62,629 nt of DNA, filler included, from Calcarisporiella thermophila CBS 279.70 (GCF_041956535.1; 11 parts of 10 records of this genome joined end to end with filler, not necessarily neighbours in it); one strand, 5' to 3'. Counted from the whole stretch's first letter, positions 49,179-62,542 are shown. The notes: generated by a model not told the origin, from the sequence alone. Numbers and translations: made by a program.

Positions 49179-51101
49179 CAAAAAAAGTCCGCCCGTGTCA
49201 AAATAGTTGGACAAGACAAACAAATAAGTCAACGCTTCAACGAAGTGGTTGCTCTGAGCCACGACATAGCCCTGTGGATAATATACCGCTCGAGACTTGA
49301 ATTAGTGCTGGACGATGTCCAACCCAATCCGGTAGCCATAACCAAACAATTTGACCACGAACTACAACGAGGAATAAAGTCCAAGTGGTGGATGGCAATG
49401 AAACAGGAACGGAAAAGAGACTTCATCGATAAATGGTCAAGGGGAAACTGGGTGAACATCATAGATAATTCTGTGATTTTCATCCAGGACACCTCTGAAG
49501 ATCAAATCCCGGCCCCAACTCCGGCTTGAGAACTGCACCCAACCCTCCACTGCTGTATATTAATGCCATCTCTTCTATCGTTCTTTTCCCTACTTTTTCT
49601 TTTTTTTTCTCCTTTCCTCTTCCTTTACTTTTTCAATCCTTCACTTCTTTTCGTTATTTCATGTACATAAGTAGCTTATCTTAATACCATTGCACACAAC
49701 CTTTATCCCTCCCTCTTACAGTTATTCCTATCCCCTTCTTTATTAAGCTAATTGCTGTTTCCATACTTTCCTAGCTCTTTCCTCATCACCTTTTCTCTCT
49801 TCCTCTTACACTTAAATCCTTTTCTTCCCTCCTTTTTTCCGTTTATCCTCCAAATTCTGCAAGGTAGGCCAGGAGCATTACCTGGGTGATTTTGACGTAG
49901 AAGCTACCCTACCTTTTTAACAGGATAGGACACTTTTCAATAAAGGTCCTTTGTTAAAAAAAAAGTGTCAAAATAGCTGCATCAGGACAAGACCTGGGAC
50001 TCATTAACCCGAAGTATCAAACTGACGCGATACTGGCCACGTGGTTTCAAAGAATGGCTACTGCAATGTCTACGGGAATCCGCCCAACTTTGGTACAACT
50101 CACCATACACATGTTCGAAAAGTTCTACGCTCCAGCTGGAATGGGAATGGGTATTCTGGCAACGCAGTACACACAACGCAAACTCATCCGAACAGATGGA
50201 ATATGGCCTCACCTACTGAGAGTATGGAGAAGTCTGGACGGCAAATTAGATCACACCCAGAAATTCAACATTGAAGAAACGCTCTCTCTCCCCATAAACA
50301 ACAACTCTTACCTCACAATGGGTGGATGTCCTTTAAAATCGAAAGGCGAAAGTGTAGGACTGGCCAAACTAGGTGACTTCTTTAAACTCAACCGAAGGAC
50401 TAATACATATAAACCGATGGTAGAACCAGAAGTCCATGAATACGTGGCGAGAAATTCCGACCAATATTCCAGCCGATTTAGGGACAGCTACATAGTTCTT
50501 CAGTGGCACTGGAGGAAACGAGAGATCCAACTGAACCCACAACTGGCTGATGCCCTGTTACAGGATATACCACAGATTGAAGGACCATGCACGTTCCCGC
50601 TGGGTAAATGTGTGCTAGCTGGCACAAAGATCAAAAACTTCCGTACAAAAATCGGGAGGCTAGGGATAGTACCTAGGTGATATTGACGTGGAAGTCTACC
50701 CTTCCATTCCCTTCAGAAAAAAATCATCAAATGGATGTAAAAATACATCTCAAGGGAAAATAAAGTGTCAAAAAGGCATGTATATTAATACCATTTCCTT
50801 TATTTCATGTACATAAGCAACTCATCTTAATACTGTTGTACACAACTTTTTATATCCCTCCCTCTTACATTTATTCCTTTCCCTTTCTTTATTACGCTGA
50901 ATTCTGTTTTCCTCCTTTCCTAGCTCTTTCCTCTTTACCTTTTCTCACTTCCTCTTACACTTATACCTTTTTTCTTCCTTTTCCTTTTAACTTCCAGAAC
51001 CTTCACAGTAGGCCACGAGCATTACCTGAGAGATTTTAACGTAGAAGCCACTCTGCCTCTTAACAGGATAGGATAATTTTCAATAAAGGTCATTATTAAA
51101 A
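49179..51101 (+). mobile_element. Tandem non-LTR retrotransposon (LINE) 3' fragments with repeated 3' UTR and A tails
   Basis: ORF2 C-terminal-like pieces (49245-49529, 50054-50680) are each followed by the same pyrimidine-rich 3' UTR ending CAATAAAGGTC...AAAA. A third copy lies at 56086-56494. Confidence 0.7.
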
Positions 51102-51914
51102 ATGTGGCGAAGACAGTCTCCCAAGGTAATAAGAACTGATTTAATTAGATGACGAGAGCTTTCAAAATGTTACAAATTCAAGGGAGCATTCAGCAGTGAT
51201 AAAAGGAGCTATCCAAGCACAGCTGATATTGGAATAATATGACTTTCTCATTAATTTCTCATTTTCATTATTCTTTTTTCACGATTTTAATGTTCATTGC
51301 TAGCTTATCTTTACATTTCTAATCATATTAAAATGAATATTAATTTACTGCTTTTTTTGTATAAAATACTCCTTCGGGCTAGAGCTTATGGGAAATGAAG
51401 GTGAATGATAGAAAGAAATATGGCACCGCCGTTTTGTTCTATAGCATAGAATGATATCATAAGGATAGTTAAGATTTTTTTTAAAAAAAAATTATTCATT
51501 TAAAATCGCTAAGATGGTAGAGTTAACATTTCGGTTAATATATTACTTGAAAAATTTGTGAGCCAGGGATGAAATTAGCCTCCAATTCAGTGAATCGCTT
51601 TGAATATAGATTAACTGTTGATTTTCATCATTTTAGTGCCAGTATTATGATCACATATATATATATTTCGTATCACGTATATATATTGCTGAGATGAGTT
51701 TTGTGATGATAATGAAAGTAATGTATTCGCAGATTTAATACACGGAGAGTGCTTCTAAAACAGGACACTGCGATTTTAGTAGGCAAAGAAACCTTAAAAC
51801 CCTAACAAATTCGAAAGCCATTTGTGCCTCAACCCAGCTGGAAATTCTCTCTCCATTGCTAAAAATATAATTGTTTTATAGCTCGAGAAGCTCTTTTTTA
51901 AAACTAAGTGAGCG

Positions 51915-53660
51915 ATGCCTTCGTTCACAGACAATGGGTTGTTCAGGTTCTGGGTGCGTATGCCTGCAGGTGTTCGCATCGCCATCCTTACCGCACTTCC
52001 CTGCTTAGTAGTTTTTGGCATGTTCTTCTTTACATTGGGCCACATGAGAAATTATACGATCAAAGAACCCGCCATCCTACAAGGTAGTTGATGATCTAAA
52101 GATTTTAATAGCTAAAATAGCAATTCTTTACTGAATATTCTTAAATCTTAAGACATTGTCTACATAAATTCAAGTTCAACATTAATTAATCACGTAGACA
52201 TAGCCAGCCCCAGTCGGGAGTATGCTGAAGGAGTACATGATACTCCACATCTTCGAACGCCTGATAAAGGAGGTTTGAAAGTAAATTCTCTTTATATGTC
52301 CTATTTTTATTCGCCACTTAATTTTTTCCTTGCAGGGCATTCTCTACGATCGTGCATTGGGTTGTGAATTAAATCCTACTGATGCAATTCCAGCAGCCCC
52401 TCTTATCGCTGGGACATCGCGTATAGCTCTAATTTCTCGCGGAAATTGCTCTTTTGAAGATAAACTCATAATGGCACAGCAAGATGGGGCAACGGGGGCT
52501 ATTATTTATAGTAACGAGACCGTTCGCGAACTAATCTCAGTCCGACCCGGCTCTGTTGATATTCCTGCGTTCTACGTGGATAAGGAGATTGGCCTTGATC
52601 TGCTACAACTTTTAGAAATATACACTGGTTTCAATAATACTCCAAACATGACTCTGAATCACTCAGAGAGTGGCCAGCCCAGACGAGTCCGTGTTGTTTT
52701 GGCCCCTTTTATTCAGCAATCCCCAGGGATGTGGGAACTCACACTCATAATTGTCATCATACTATTATCTGTTTCATTTGGAACTTCTGTTGCATTACAA
52801 TGCCATCTGTGGCGCTTGCGACGCTTGCAAAGACATCGAGAGATTATGGAGTTGCAACAATCGCAACGTAACCAGAAAGTGACTCTCGACCCTGAGTACT
52901 TGGAAACATTCCCCGTTCGTCTGTATTACTATCCTGGTGGCATTATTCAACGAAATTGTAATTATGAGAGCGATAAAAACTTGTCTTTTATACAAGCAGA
53001 AAAGGGTTTGAAACGTCCGCCATCTATACGCTCAATCCGTTCGACGCGCTCAGAGCGAGCAATAAACTCTGCATCTGAGTTGTACCAGCGTGGCGGAGAC
53101 TCTGTAACACAAAATTCTTTGACAGCTTGTGCCATCTGTTTAGATGACTTTACGAACGGAGATGAGTTAAGAGAGCTACCTTGCTTACATAGTTTCCATG
53201 TTGAGTGTATTGGTAAGTTCCAACCAAAACTGACTATTTTTCGTCTACTAAATTTGCGCCGATGATATCTATTCTAGACCCTTGGTTGACTACAAAATCT
53301 TCCACATGTCCACTGTGCAAATTTGACTGTAGGAAACGAGATGGTTCCCTTGATAATTCATCTATATCAACTATCGCACCTGTCCCTCATAACCGAGTAC
53401 GTCGTTTATTGCGGCTGGCAAGGATAAGTAGCCGTGATAGATCTGATGGAGAGGGAGTTTCGCTGCCACAAACGTCCCTAAATAATCCAGATGATAACCT
53501 GAATCAGTCTGTTGTGGTAGATGTAGTTGATGCTCTACCTTCTATACAATCCAGAGAAGACCTAAGATATGCACAGCCACAGACAGTGGAGCAAACTGCA
53601 GACTTTACCCCACCCCAGTCAACCATATATCACCAGAAATTAGGCTGTCGATACATTTAG
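51915..53660 (+). CDS. PA-domain transmembrane RING-H2 E3 ubiquitin ligase (RNF13/GRAIL-like), multi-exon
   Basis: N-terminal hydrophobic anchor; IALISRGNCSFEDK...AQQDGATGAIIY (PA domain); TM; CAICLDDF...LPCLHSFHVECIDPWL...CPLC across an intron. Confidence 0.9.
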
Positions 53661-53966
53661 TCAACCATTTTTGCATTATCGTAGTATACAGTTCAAAATA
53701 TTTCGCTCAAACATTCACTTTTCAACCTAACATCACCTCTATTTCATTTGTGAATATACATATCATTATTTTTTTTTATTCTATAAATATTCTCCTATTT
53801 TTTAATCAATTTCTTTATTGTTGTGTTACGATTCTTCTTCCACCATTTTTATGCTTTAGTATTCGCTTGGATTTAACAAGTCGATTTAATACATAAAATA
53901 AGCTCTATTTCAGTTTTTTAAAAATGAGAATGTTTATAATACATAATACTAAATATACATGTTATC

Positions 53967-54390
53967 TTAATGGAATTTAAACACTTTGTTCCCATTTTTC
54001 GTCTTCTTTTTAGAAGCGGCTATCTTCTTTTGTTTTCGAATTTGATTACGGCTAGTTCGGGGTCCTGAAGTCGAAATCTTGGGCTTGTCAATAGACATGG
54101 CAGCTAGCACAAATAAGCATCAAAAAATGGAATTATGTTAGCAGAATATTCATATGTCAATAATGAATAATCAATCACAAATTAAATTTACTTTGTGCAT
54201 TGTCATCGGAAATCGGAACGTCCTCTACAGCCATTCCTCCTTCCGATTCTAGCAACTTCGGTCCATCTGCAGCCTCAGCCTGTTTTTTCGCAAGTCGTTC
54301 GATACGAGCATCCACAACTGGTTGAAAAATCTCTTTTCGTTTGATAGCACGGGAGCGCTTCTTAGATTGGGCACGGACACTCTTAGCCAT
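53967..54390 (-). CDS. Small basic nucleolar protein, DUF2423/LLPH (YBL028C-like), 2 exons
   Basis: MAKSVRAQSKKRSRAIKRKEIFQPVVDARIERLAKK; second exon KISTSGPR...KKK..FKFH*. Confidence 0.8.
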
Positions 54391-54622
54391 TATTGAACAA
54401 AAGGTGATCAAGGAATATCGTATTATCCATAAATCACTTAATAGTAAATAAATGCTGCGCCGCTAGAGTATTGGATTTGATGATGAAATAGTATAAGATT
54501 TCTGATTGCTATGCTATATGATTGTACTAATACTCTTCTTAAAATGATCGCTACTATTACTCAAGAATATTAATGTTTCTACCAATTGCTTGGGATACTA
54601 GAATATTATATATTCCAGATTA

Positions 54623-55642
54623 ATAGATTTTTTATTTGCGCCAATAGCGCGAGAACTTGGGTCCTGTGGTTTATTTAAACTCTATTATACATTTGAGGGA
54701 GGCTTCCGTACAAGATTATTTGATACAAGTAAACAAGAGATATAGCTTAAAGAGGTCCTCGCTTGGAAGGGTCGGGTTAGGTGCTCTATTGCTTCCTCGA
54801 AATCGAAAGTTGCCTCCCTGCTATCTTCGATCTGGATTAGCGAGCTCTTTCCCCATACGATCACGATGGATTTGCCATAACACCGAGTCGAAGGTGATTT
54901 GAGCCACGTGCCTTGCTGTTCGTGAAAATTCAGATAAGTCTCCTAATATGAGGTTGCGAGCAGCCAGCACCTGAGGATTCTGGGGGCCTGTGCTGGTGAA
55001 GTTACACCGCTCCACCCACTGCCACACTGGTGTAAGTTCTGATATTTGAAAAAGGTATAGCGAATGTGTGCCTTGAAGCGTTGCAACGGGTACACTTTGG
55101 ATCGTGGTCAGGGAATGTAGAATTAGCGATAACTTTTTCTACAAGAATCCGCCAGCGTAGCGCATGGGGTTTGGGAGGGTGAGTCGTTTGGGGACAGAGG
55201 TCCAAACCTTCTCCCAAACCTTTGGTGTAGATCCAATCTCGGTCCAGGATCGAGGCACTAGTGTATTCGGCTTTAGAGAGCCGTTGCACCGTCGAGTGGA
55301 GTATTCCTGTCATATAATGCTTGTTTATGAAGTGATCTGCACTCGATTTTTCTTCCCCTTGCGGACGAAAGTTAGTATCTCGTTAAGTAGGTACGGCGGT
55401 GTTGGAGGTTTTGGCTCCCCAATCTGTCGGCTCCCGTCTCAATCTATGATTAAAGGGCATCTGCAGAGAGGTAGCGACAAGATCTCGGTTGCCGTCCAGT
55501 TTGGTGATGCCACCGGACTACCTCCGAGCGTGCGCCACGTTTGGAGCATGTTAAACCAGAATCCGCCCTTAGGAGATTAAGGAGAACGCACGCCGTTTTA
55601 TTCGGCATCCCTGGGATAGTCCACCACACCATCCCTCCCCCA
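54623..55642 (-). mobile_element. LINE ORF2 3' fragment capped by a tRNA-derived head
   Basis: WRILVEKVIANS...KCTRCNAS (C-terminal zinc-knuckle region) and LWQIHRDR, both frameshifted. The 5' end (55589-55642) matches the SINE head at 58553-58606. Confidence 0.65.
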
Positions 55643-56085
55643 CCCAGATTATCCTAAAATAAAAAAGATAAAAATAAAAATCACTACCTGTATTCAGATT
55701 TTCTATAGATTTTCTGTTGCGTCGTATAATAGTCTAATAAGGTTCTATCTCGACAATCTTTTAGCTATTCCCAAGCTCTTGATTGTCCTTTCCTAAACAC
55801 TTCAGAAGGCTAATAAACGACACAAGTGGATCGTAAAGTAATCCGGTTCTATCCCAAAACAAAATAGCACACTTTTTATTGTAAACAAAGATGTTATACT
55901 GAAGATAACGTACCACAAACATAAATGTAAACAAGATAATAAAAATATAATGAGGTAATCAAGGAAAAATATGTTAACCGTAACCNNNNNNNNNNNNNNN
56001 NNNNNNNNNNNNNNNNNNNNNNNNNNNNNTTAATTAATTAANNNNNNNNNNNNNNNNNNNNNNNNNNNNNNNNNNNNNNNNNNNN

Positions 56086-56494
56086 CTCCTCTATCCTTCT
56101 TTCCCCTACTTTTTCTTTTTTTTTCTTTTTTTTCTTTCTCCTTTCCTCTTTACTTTTTCAATCCTTCACTTCTTTTCGTTAATTCATGTACATAAGCAGC
56201 CTATCTTAATACCATTGCACACAACTTTTATCCCCCCCTCTTACAGTTATTCCTATCCACTTCTTTTTTAAGCTAATTGCTGTTTCCATACTTTCCTAGC
56301 TCTTTCCTCATCACATTTTCTCTCTTCCTCTTACACTTAAATCCTTTTCTTCCTTTCTTTCTTTTTCCTTCTATCCTCCAAATTCTGCAAGGTAGGCCAG
56401 GAGCATTACCTGGGTGATTTTGATGTAGAAGCTACCCTACCTTTTTAACAGGATAGGACACTTTTCAATAAAGCTCCTTTGTTTAAAAAAAAAA
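56086..56494 (+). mobile_element. LINE 3' UTR copy with A tail
   Basis: Near-identical to ~49570-49964. Confidence 0.8.
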
Positions 56495-56623
56495 TCGAGA
56501 GTGTAATAAGCTAATATCGAAACCCCACCTAATCTTTCTCCAAGAAATTCACTCCCCTGACGAAGCAAATCACTCACACTCAGAAGCACATATAAAGGCC
56601 GAGAACGAAGATGACAACCACCC

Positions 56624-57895
56624 ATGGCAGAGAGAATGGGGCCGACCAGCTATATGGTCATACCATTCTGCCATACTATCTACACACCCAGACACTACCC
56701 TTTCCGACGTGGACATCACCTTGGAAGGCCGTGTCCTAAAATGTGTGGCCCATTCCCCTCTCCTCCCCTACCTGATCACCCTGATAAATGTATACGCCCC
56801 ATCCGCAGAGCCGGACACGCAGGCCTTCTACGACGCATTCCCAGCCTCACTGGAAGAACACAGGTTAATAATGGGAGGCGACTTCAACACACATCTTGAT
56901 CCAGCAATTGACCGCACTCCACCAGCTCCCAACTCCCAAAACCGCAGAGGCTCCTCTCATCGACTTCGGATGATCACGTCTGCGGCCTCCCTTACGGACG
57001 TCCACAGGCACTTCTCATCCAAAGACGACCAATTCACGTACTAACAGAGAAGCTCTCTAATGAAATCACGAAAAGACCTATTCTGAGTCAGCACAGCAAA
57101 AACAACGGACGTAAACCTACTGGACCCCTCCGGATCTTCATATGATCACATGGTTATTCAGATAGAAATAAGGAACGCTGCAGCGCCTAAATCTGGATAT
57201 GGCCAATGGCGATTTAACTCTAGCCTTGCAAACGACGAGCCTTACGCCGCCACGCTTAAGGCCCACTGGCATTATTTACTCACAACCCGCGAATCCTTCA
57301 GGACCACGGGCCTTTTCTGGAACGCTGCAAAACAGCAATTTCGATCGCTCACTACCGCATACGCGGCACAGAGACAACGCTGTTTTAGAGCAGAGGAAAC
57401 ACAACTAAGCAGAGCTCTCAAGAGATCCCAAGAAGGCCAATGGACCAGAGAATCATATGCCCGACAAGAAAAAATCCGCAACCAACTAGCTGCCCATGTT
57501 GATAGAAGGGTCGAAGCACTACGTTCCGATCTCGCCTGAATTGGACAGACCAGGGCGAGAAATCCACATTATACTTCCACCGCCGCGTTGCGGGGAGGAG
57601 AGCAGTCAACGCAATGATCTCTCTGAAAAGAGCTGACGGAACACGTACTGAACACCCGAGCGAAATAGCCAGAATGGCCGCCCATTTCTACACAGAGCTT
57701 TATATTGGGGACCCAACAAGTACAACCGACCAAGACACTATCCTCAATTATGTAGACAAAACTCTATCCCCTGACGACCGTGGAAAACTGGAAGAGGCCC
57801 ATCAGTGAAGAAGAGGTGAGGAAAGCCATTCGACCGGCCCCAAAGAATAAGTCGCCCGGCCCGGACGGAATGACGGCGGAATTCTACCAAGCCTT
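56624..57895 (+). mobile_element. L1/Tx1-like non-LTR retrotransposon ORF2 fragment (APE endonuclease and linker to RT), disrupted
   Basis: LINVYAP, MGGDFN, FTY, DH, GQWRFNSSL, GEKSTLYF, KSPGPDGMTAEFY, with stops and frameshifts. Confidence 0.9.
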
Positions 57896-58267
57896 CGAAG
57901 ATGGGTTTGATTGGGGGGTCGTGTTGGAGACTGGTTTGTCCAGTGCGTTTCTTGGCGACGTTGGCGTAAGAGATCATTTTTTGAGATGTATTAAGTGAGA
58001 AATAAAAGATTAGTTTTTTTTTGATCAATCAACGGAGACTTTTATTAGTTTCCGTAGCTTACAAGAGTTTAATGATTACAATGAAATAAGAAAGGGAGGA
58101 ATAAAGGGTAGATTAGATGTATATAGTGATCGGGTATTTGGTGAAAGGTATGAAGTAAAGAGGAGGGGAGGAGGGAAAGAGCGGATTGGGAGAGAGGAAG
58201 GGTTGCTTCGTCACTCCAGTTTTAGTCTTGCTCTATCCGAACTTTCTATTACTTGCCAAAAGATTAG

Positions 58268-58606
58268 TTTTTTTTTGATCAATCAATGGAAACTTTTTAT
58301 TTAATTTCCATATATTACATGAAGTTAATGTCAATGGACTTAACATAACGAGATATAGATCCTTGATCGATAGGCGTGCAATCGATATGCGTGTATCGTA
58401 GTTGACGTGAATAGCCTGTACGTGAAACCGATGTAATCTTTTGTACTTATCGTAAGGGCGATCTTTTTCAATAATCAAGACTCAGCTTCTGATCAAGTGG
58501 ACAGCAGTCACAAACTAAGAATAAGTGCTGGTGGGGGAAGTGGGATTCGAACCCACGCCGTTCTCATCGGCATCCCAGGGATAGTCCACTACACTAACCC
58601 TCCCCA
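58268..58606 (-). mobile_element. tRNA-derived SINE, ~339 bp, with A9 tail and 15-bp target-site duplication
   Basis: TTGCCAAAAGATTAG occurs at 58253-58267 and 58607-58621. The head has an A-box-like TAGTGTAGTGG, a B-box GGTTCGAATCCC and ends ...CCCCCACCA. T9 at 58268-58276. Confidence 0.85.
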
Positions 58607-58832
58607 TTGCCAAAAGATTAGATTTCCTTCTCGCTAGGCGATTCTCATTGGTTAAGTCCACCACGGTTCATAACACAGCTTNNNNNNNNNNNNNNNNNNN
58701 NNNNNNNNNNNNNNNNNNNNNNNNNTTAATTAATTAANNNNNNNNNNNNNNNNNNNNNNNNNNNNNNNNNNNNNNNNNNNNGTCAAGTTGTGCCATGTCC
58801 ACGTGGCGAAGTGGATACCGCGTTGCCCTCCG

Positions 58833-58885
58833 GAGACTCACTTTGCAAGATAAATAAATTTTATTTATCTTGCAAAGTGAGTCTC
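58833..58885. repeat. 53-bp palindrome (26-bp perfect arms, 1-nt centre)
   Basis: GAGACTCACTTTGCAAGATAAATAAA-T-TTTATTTATCTTGCAAAGTGAGTCTC. Confidence 0.9.
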
Positions 58886-59591
58886 TTTCATTAGATTGTG
58901 CAAATTGCGATAATATCATTATAATATAAGCGGAACCCCCTTAGTATTTAGCATCTATTTTTTCAGTCAATTGTCAATCAATCAATAAAATAATGCCGCA
59001 CGTATATTCTTTACTCAAAATTACAATAATTTCAGATACATCTTATGACATATACAACAAACTTTTATGTAGTGCTAATAATGTATGCTTGTTTTCTTGA
59101 ATACTATGGAGATGTTTCCGGAAAATTGTATGCATGTAAAGAATTATGTAAACCATAAGTTCTTCAATGGTAGTCAACATTTAGTCAAAATTTTTAAGGT
59201 CACGTCACCAGATAAAAGAAAAAAGCAATAATATGTATAAAAGTTAAAAGAATAGCAAAATAAAGAAAGAAAACTGTTGATATGCTTTCTCTACATACGC
59301 CAGTCATTCATAATCAATAAGAAAGAGTAAAGGTAAGAAATAACAATAAAATAATAGTGAAATATATATGTAAAAGGGTAACAACACGAAAAAAGTAAAA
59401 GGAAAATCTGTTAATGATGAATGTTAGGTGCAGAAAATATAGAGAGGGAGGCAAAAAAAAAGGCAATGGGGGACAAGAGAGAAAAAGTGAGTATTGGACA
59501 GACGGGTAACTGCATTTTCATTTACACTGTCATCAATACCACCTCAATCCCAGAATGAATTCATCTAATAACCCTGCTTGATGAGAGCATT

Positions 59592-61278
59592 CTACATTGG
59601 CTGATAGCATTGCCCACCTGCACTGTTTGCGCCGTACGGAGAGTAACCACTTACGGATGGACCAGGTATCCCCGTTTTTGTCTGGCTTCGAAGACTTTTA
59701 AAGTAAAAACCAATAGTTTTATACTAAGATAAATTGTATTAATAAAATGGATGAAAGGCATACTCACATTCTATCCGAGGGAGGGATTCTTTGATTCACA
59801 GGAGGTAGTACCGGATCATTTAACATATGGGATCTTGATCCTGAGATCGGAGTTCGTCCAGATGGAGAAACTCTTCCCGTTCCTGGGGTCATCACAGGCT
59901 GAGATGATAAAGCTGTGGCAGGAGCTGCACGGCTACTACCACCAGATGCTAAAATTTGATGTTGATTTGGCAGTCTCGAGTGAATATTAACACCTGAATT
60001 CGATAGCTGATTCCGCTCTGTCCCAATATTTGCCTGTTTTGATAGACTACTCTTTTCCAATACTCTCCCACTACCAGATTCCTCTGCGGCAGCTTTATTT
60101 GCGTCTCGTTCTAATTTCATTATCGTCCAATCAAATACGTAGTCATATTGAAAACCTTCGCGAACAAATAGGTCCCGGAATAATTTACGTAAATAGCTGT
60201 AATCAGGCTTATCGTCAAAACGCAATGAACGTGCATAGTTAAGATAGATGGCGAACTCGTTGGGAAATCCGCGGCACAGCACCTCCGTTGGAGTGGTCAT
60301 CTTCTTCTCCATGATTCGATCATATTTTTGTTTTTTAGTGGCAGCTTTCAGCCCTTGCCAAGGAAGTGACCCACGAAGGAAATACATAAAGACATAGCCG
60401 AGAGATTCGAGATCGTCACGACGTGATTGTTCTAAAAGTTCAATAAAAATAGTAGAATCCAAAAGGTATTAAAAAGCGCAATAGGTTAAAAAAAGGAATG
60501 ACAAGGATTGAATATCTCACCAACTCCCAAGTGCGTATTAATAGAAGCATAGCGTGCTGTACCAGTCAAATTCTTATTTTCACGATAGGGTATATGCAAA
60601 TGACTCTTTGGATCTCGGTATCGCTTTGCCAAACCAAAATCTATTACATTCACTTGATTGCCACGTTTTCCGATTCCCATCAAGAAGTTATCAGGCTTAA
60701 TGTCACGATGAAGAAAGTTCTTTGAGTGGATATATTCAATCCTCGATATCTATAGAAGAAATAAAATGTTAGTAAATTCAAGCATATCCTTTTGATTGCA
60801 GCACCCAGGCATTCAGTATAAATATATGTGAAAAAATTAAGCGTACCAGTTGGTCAGCAAGTAGTAACACGGTCTTTAAAGAAAACTTCCTTTGGCAAAA
60901 ATTGAAAAGATCCTCCAAAGATGGGCCCAATAAATCAAGCACCATGCAGTTATAATCGCCTTCAGTCCCATACCAACGAACGAACGGAATTCCTACGCCC
61001 CCCGCAAGTATTTTATACACTTTTGTTTCATAATCGAGTTGCGGGTGCCGTGAGCGAACAGATTCAAGTTTAACCGCCACTTCTTCACCATTATATATAT
61101 TAACTCCAAGATAAATATCACCAAATGATCCGGATCCAACTTTTCTTCCAAGGCGATATTTATTTCCTGTGTAATCAATTAAAAGGATGGATCAATTTCG
61201 AGTTTTCAAAAAGTGCCGGTAATTCATGACAAGCTTCAATGATTACTCACCAATCTGAAGCCCTTGTGATGAAGCCAT
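59592..61278 (-). CDS. HRR25: Casein kinase I (CK1 delta/epsilon, Hrr25/Hhp1-like), multi-exon; 3' end approximate
   Basis: [73 protein letters not shown]. Confidence 0.93.
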
Positions 61279-62542
61279 CGAGTATAAAAAATAAGGTATT
61301 ATGAATTACTGTGAACTGATTGTAATAGATGGATACGAAAATGCCTCTATAATAAAAAGAAAAAAAAACAAGAGGCAAAAAAAGGTTGGGATAAAAGGGT
61401 AAATAGTTGATAAATGAATCTTAATCAAACTCTACTCTTTTATTTCTCTATCCCAAAATTTGGACGCTAGCTGTAGAAATGTATATATAATACTGAAATA
61501 AGACGATGAGAGTAAGATGGGATTCAGGGATGAGTAGTGAAAAAGAAAGCTTTGAATAATAAATAATAAAGAGGTTTTCAAAATATTAAGGTGAAATAAT
61601 TTATGGGTGTGAGAGTGGCTGCGGAATGAGTGGATTCCTCCAGTCTCTGTTCTCCAAAGAGAATAAATTCTTTCTGACCGCACAGCATTCGTACAGTGTG
61701 CGTATTTTTATTTTAAAATACGAATAGTTTTCGTGAAAATTTTCATCCACGCACTGCATAGCGAATGTACACAAATGCCGGCATATTTATGCTAACAGCA
61801 CAACGCGAAGCTTATTATCTTCTTTAACTTAGCATATGATATAGAGCATCCAACTATTCTAATATCACATGTTGATTTTGTGTGTATGGTTATCGGCACT
61901 TGAACATATATTGTCATATCAGCAACAATAAAGAGTACGCGGTTTAGTGTATTTCTTAAATATTAAGGAATAATTATTAGTTTTATTAGATTTCTAGTCT
62001 GATGTTTGATATTATTCCACAATTGGTTTTGCAGAGTAGGGCTAAAAGCGTTTATGGAGATAGAGAAAAAGTGAACTAGCATTAGTCCGTAGTGCGATGG
62101 AATACTGAGATAGGAGCACATATATAAATAATTGTCATTGACGGCTTTCGATATTAAATAGAATAATTATATGAGCGTCTGTAAGGTATAGAATTGTAAT
62201 ACCTAATTTCTTCCTTTTCATTTCCTGGGAATCACACGCTTGTCAGAGACTTAAGCGGGACAAGTCGATTTAGTTTAACGGTAAATAAACATACTGTTTA
62301 ACTCTCTTTTTTATATTGTTTTATCGATTCTCTTAAAGTAGCCTCGATTAATAGACCAAATTAAAATTATACGGTTAATCTACAAATAAAACCCAATTTT
62401 AGATTAATCTTTATACCAATTACAATCTTAGAGTTTACTATATATTATTGATGATAAACTTAGAGATATAAAGAGAATAAAAATAGTATAGTTGTTCCGT
62501 GTAAAAAAAATAGCTTTGGGTCGATTGTAGAAATATTTAAAC

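Noticed and set aside
49861-49916. Hammerhead ribozyme in the LINE 3' UTR
   Set aside because: A three-way junction is present, but the CUGANGA and GAAA core is absent on both strands.
58529-58606. Functional tRNA gene or LTR primer-binding site
   Set aside because: No anticodon loop and no adjacent LTR; the TSD and A tail fit a SINE.
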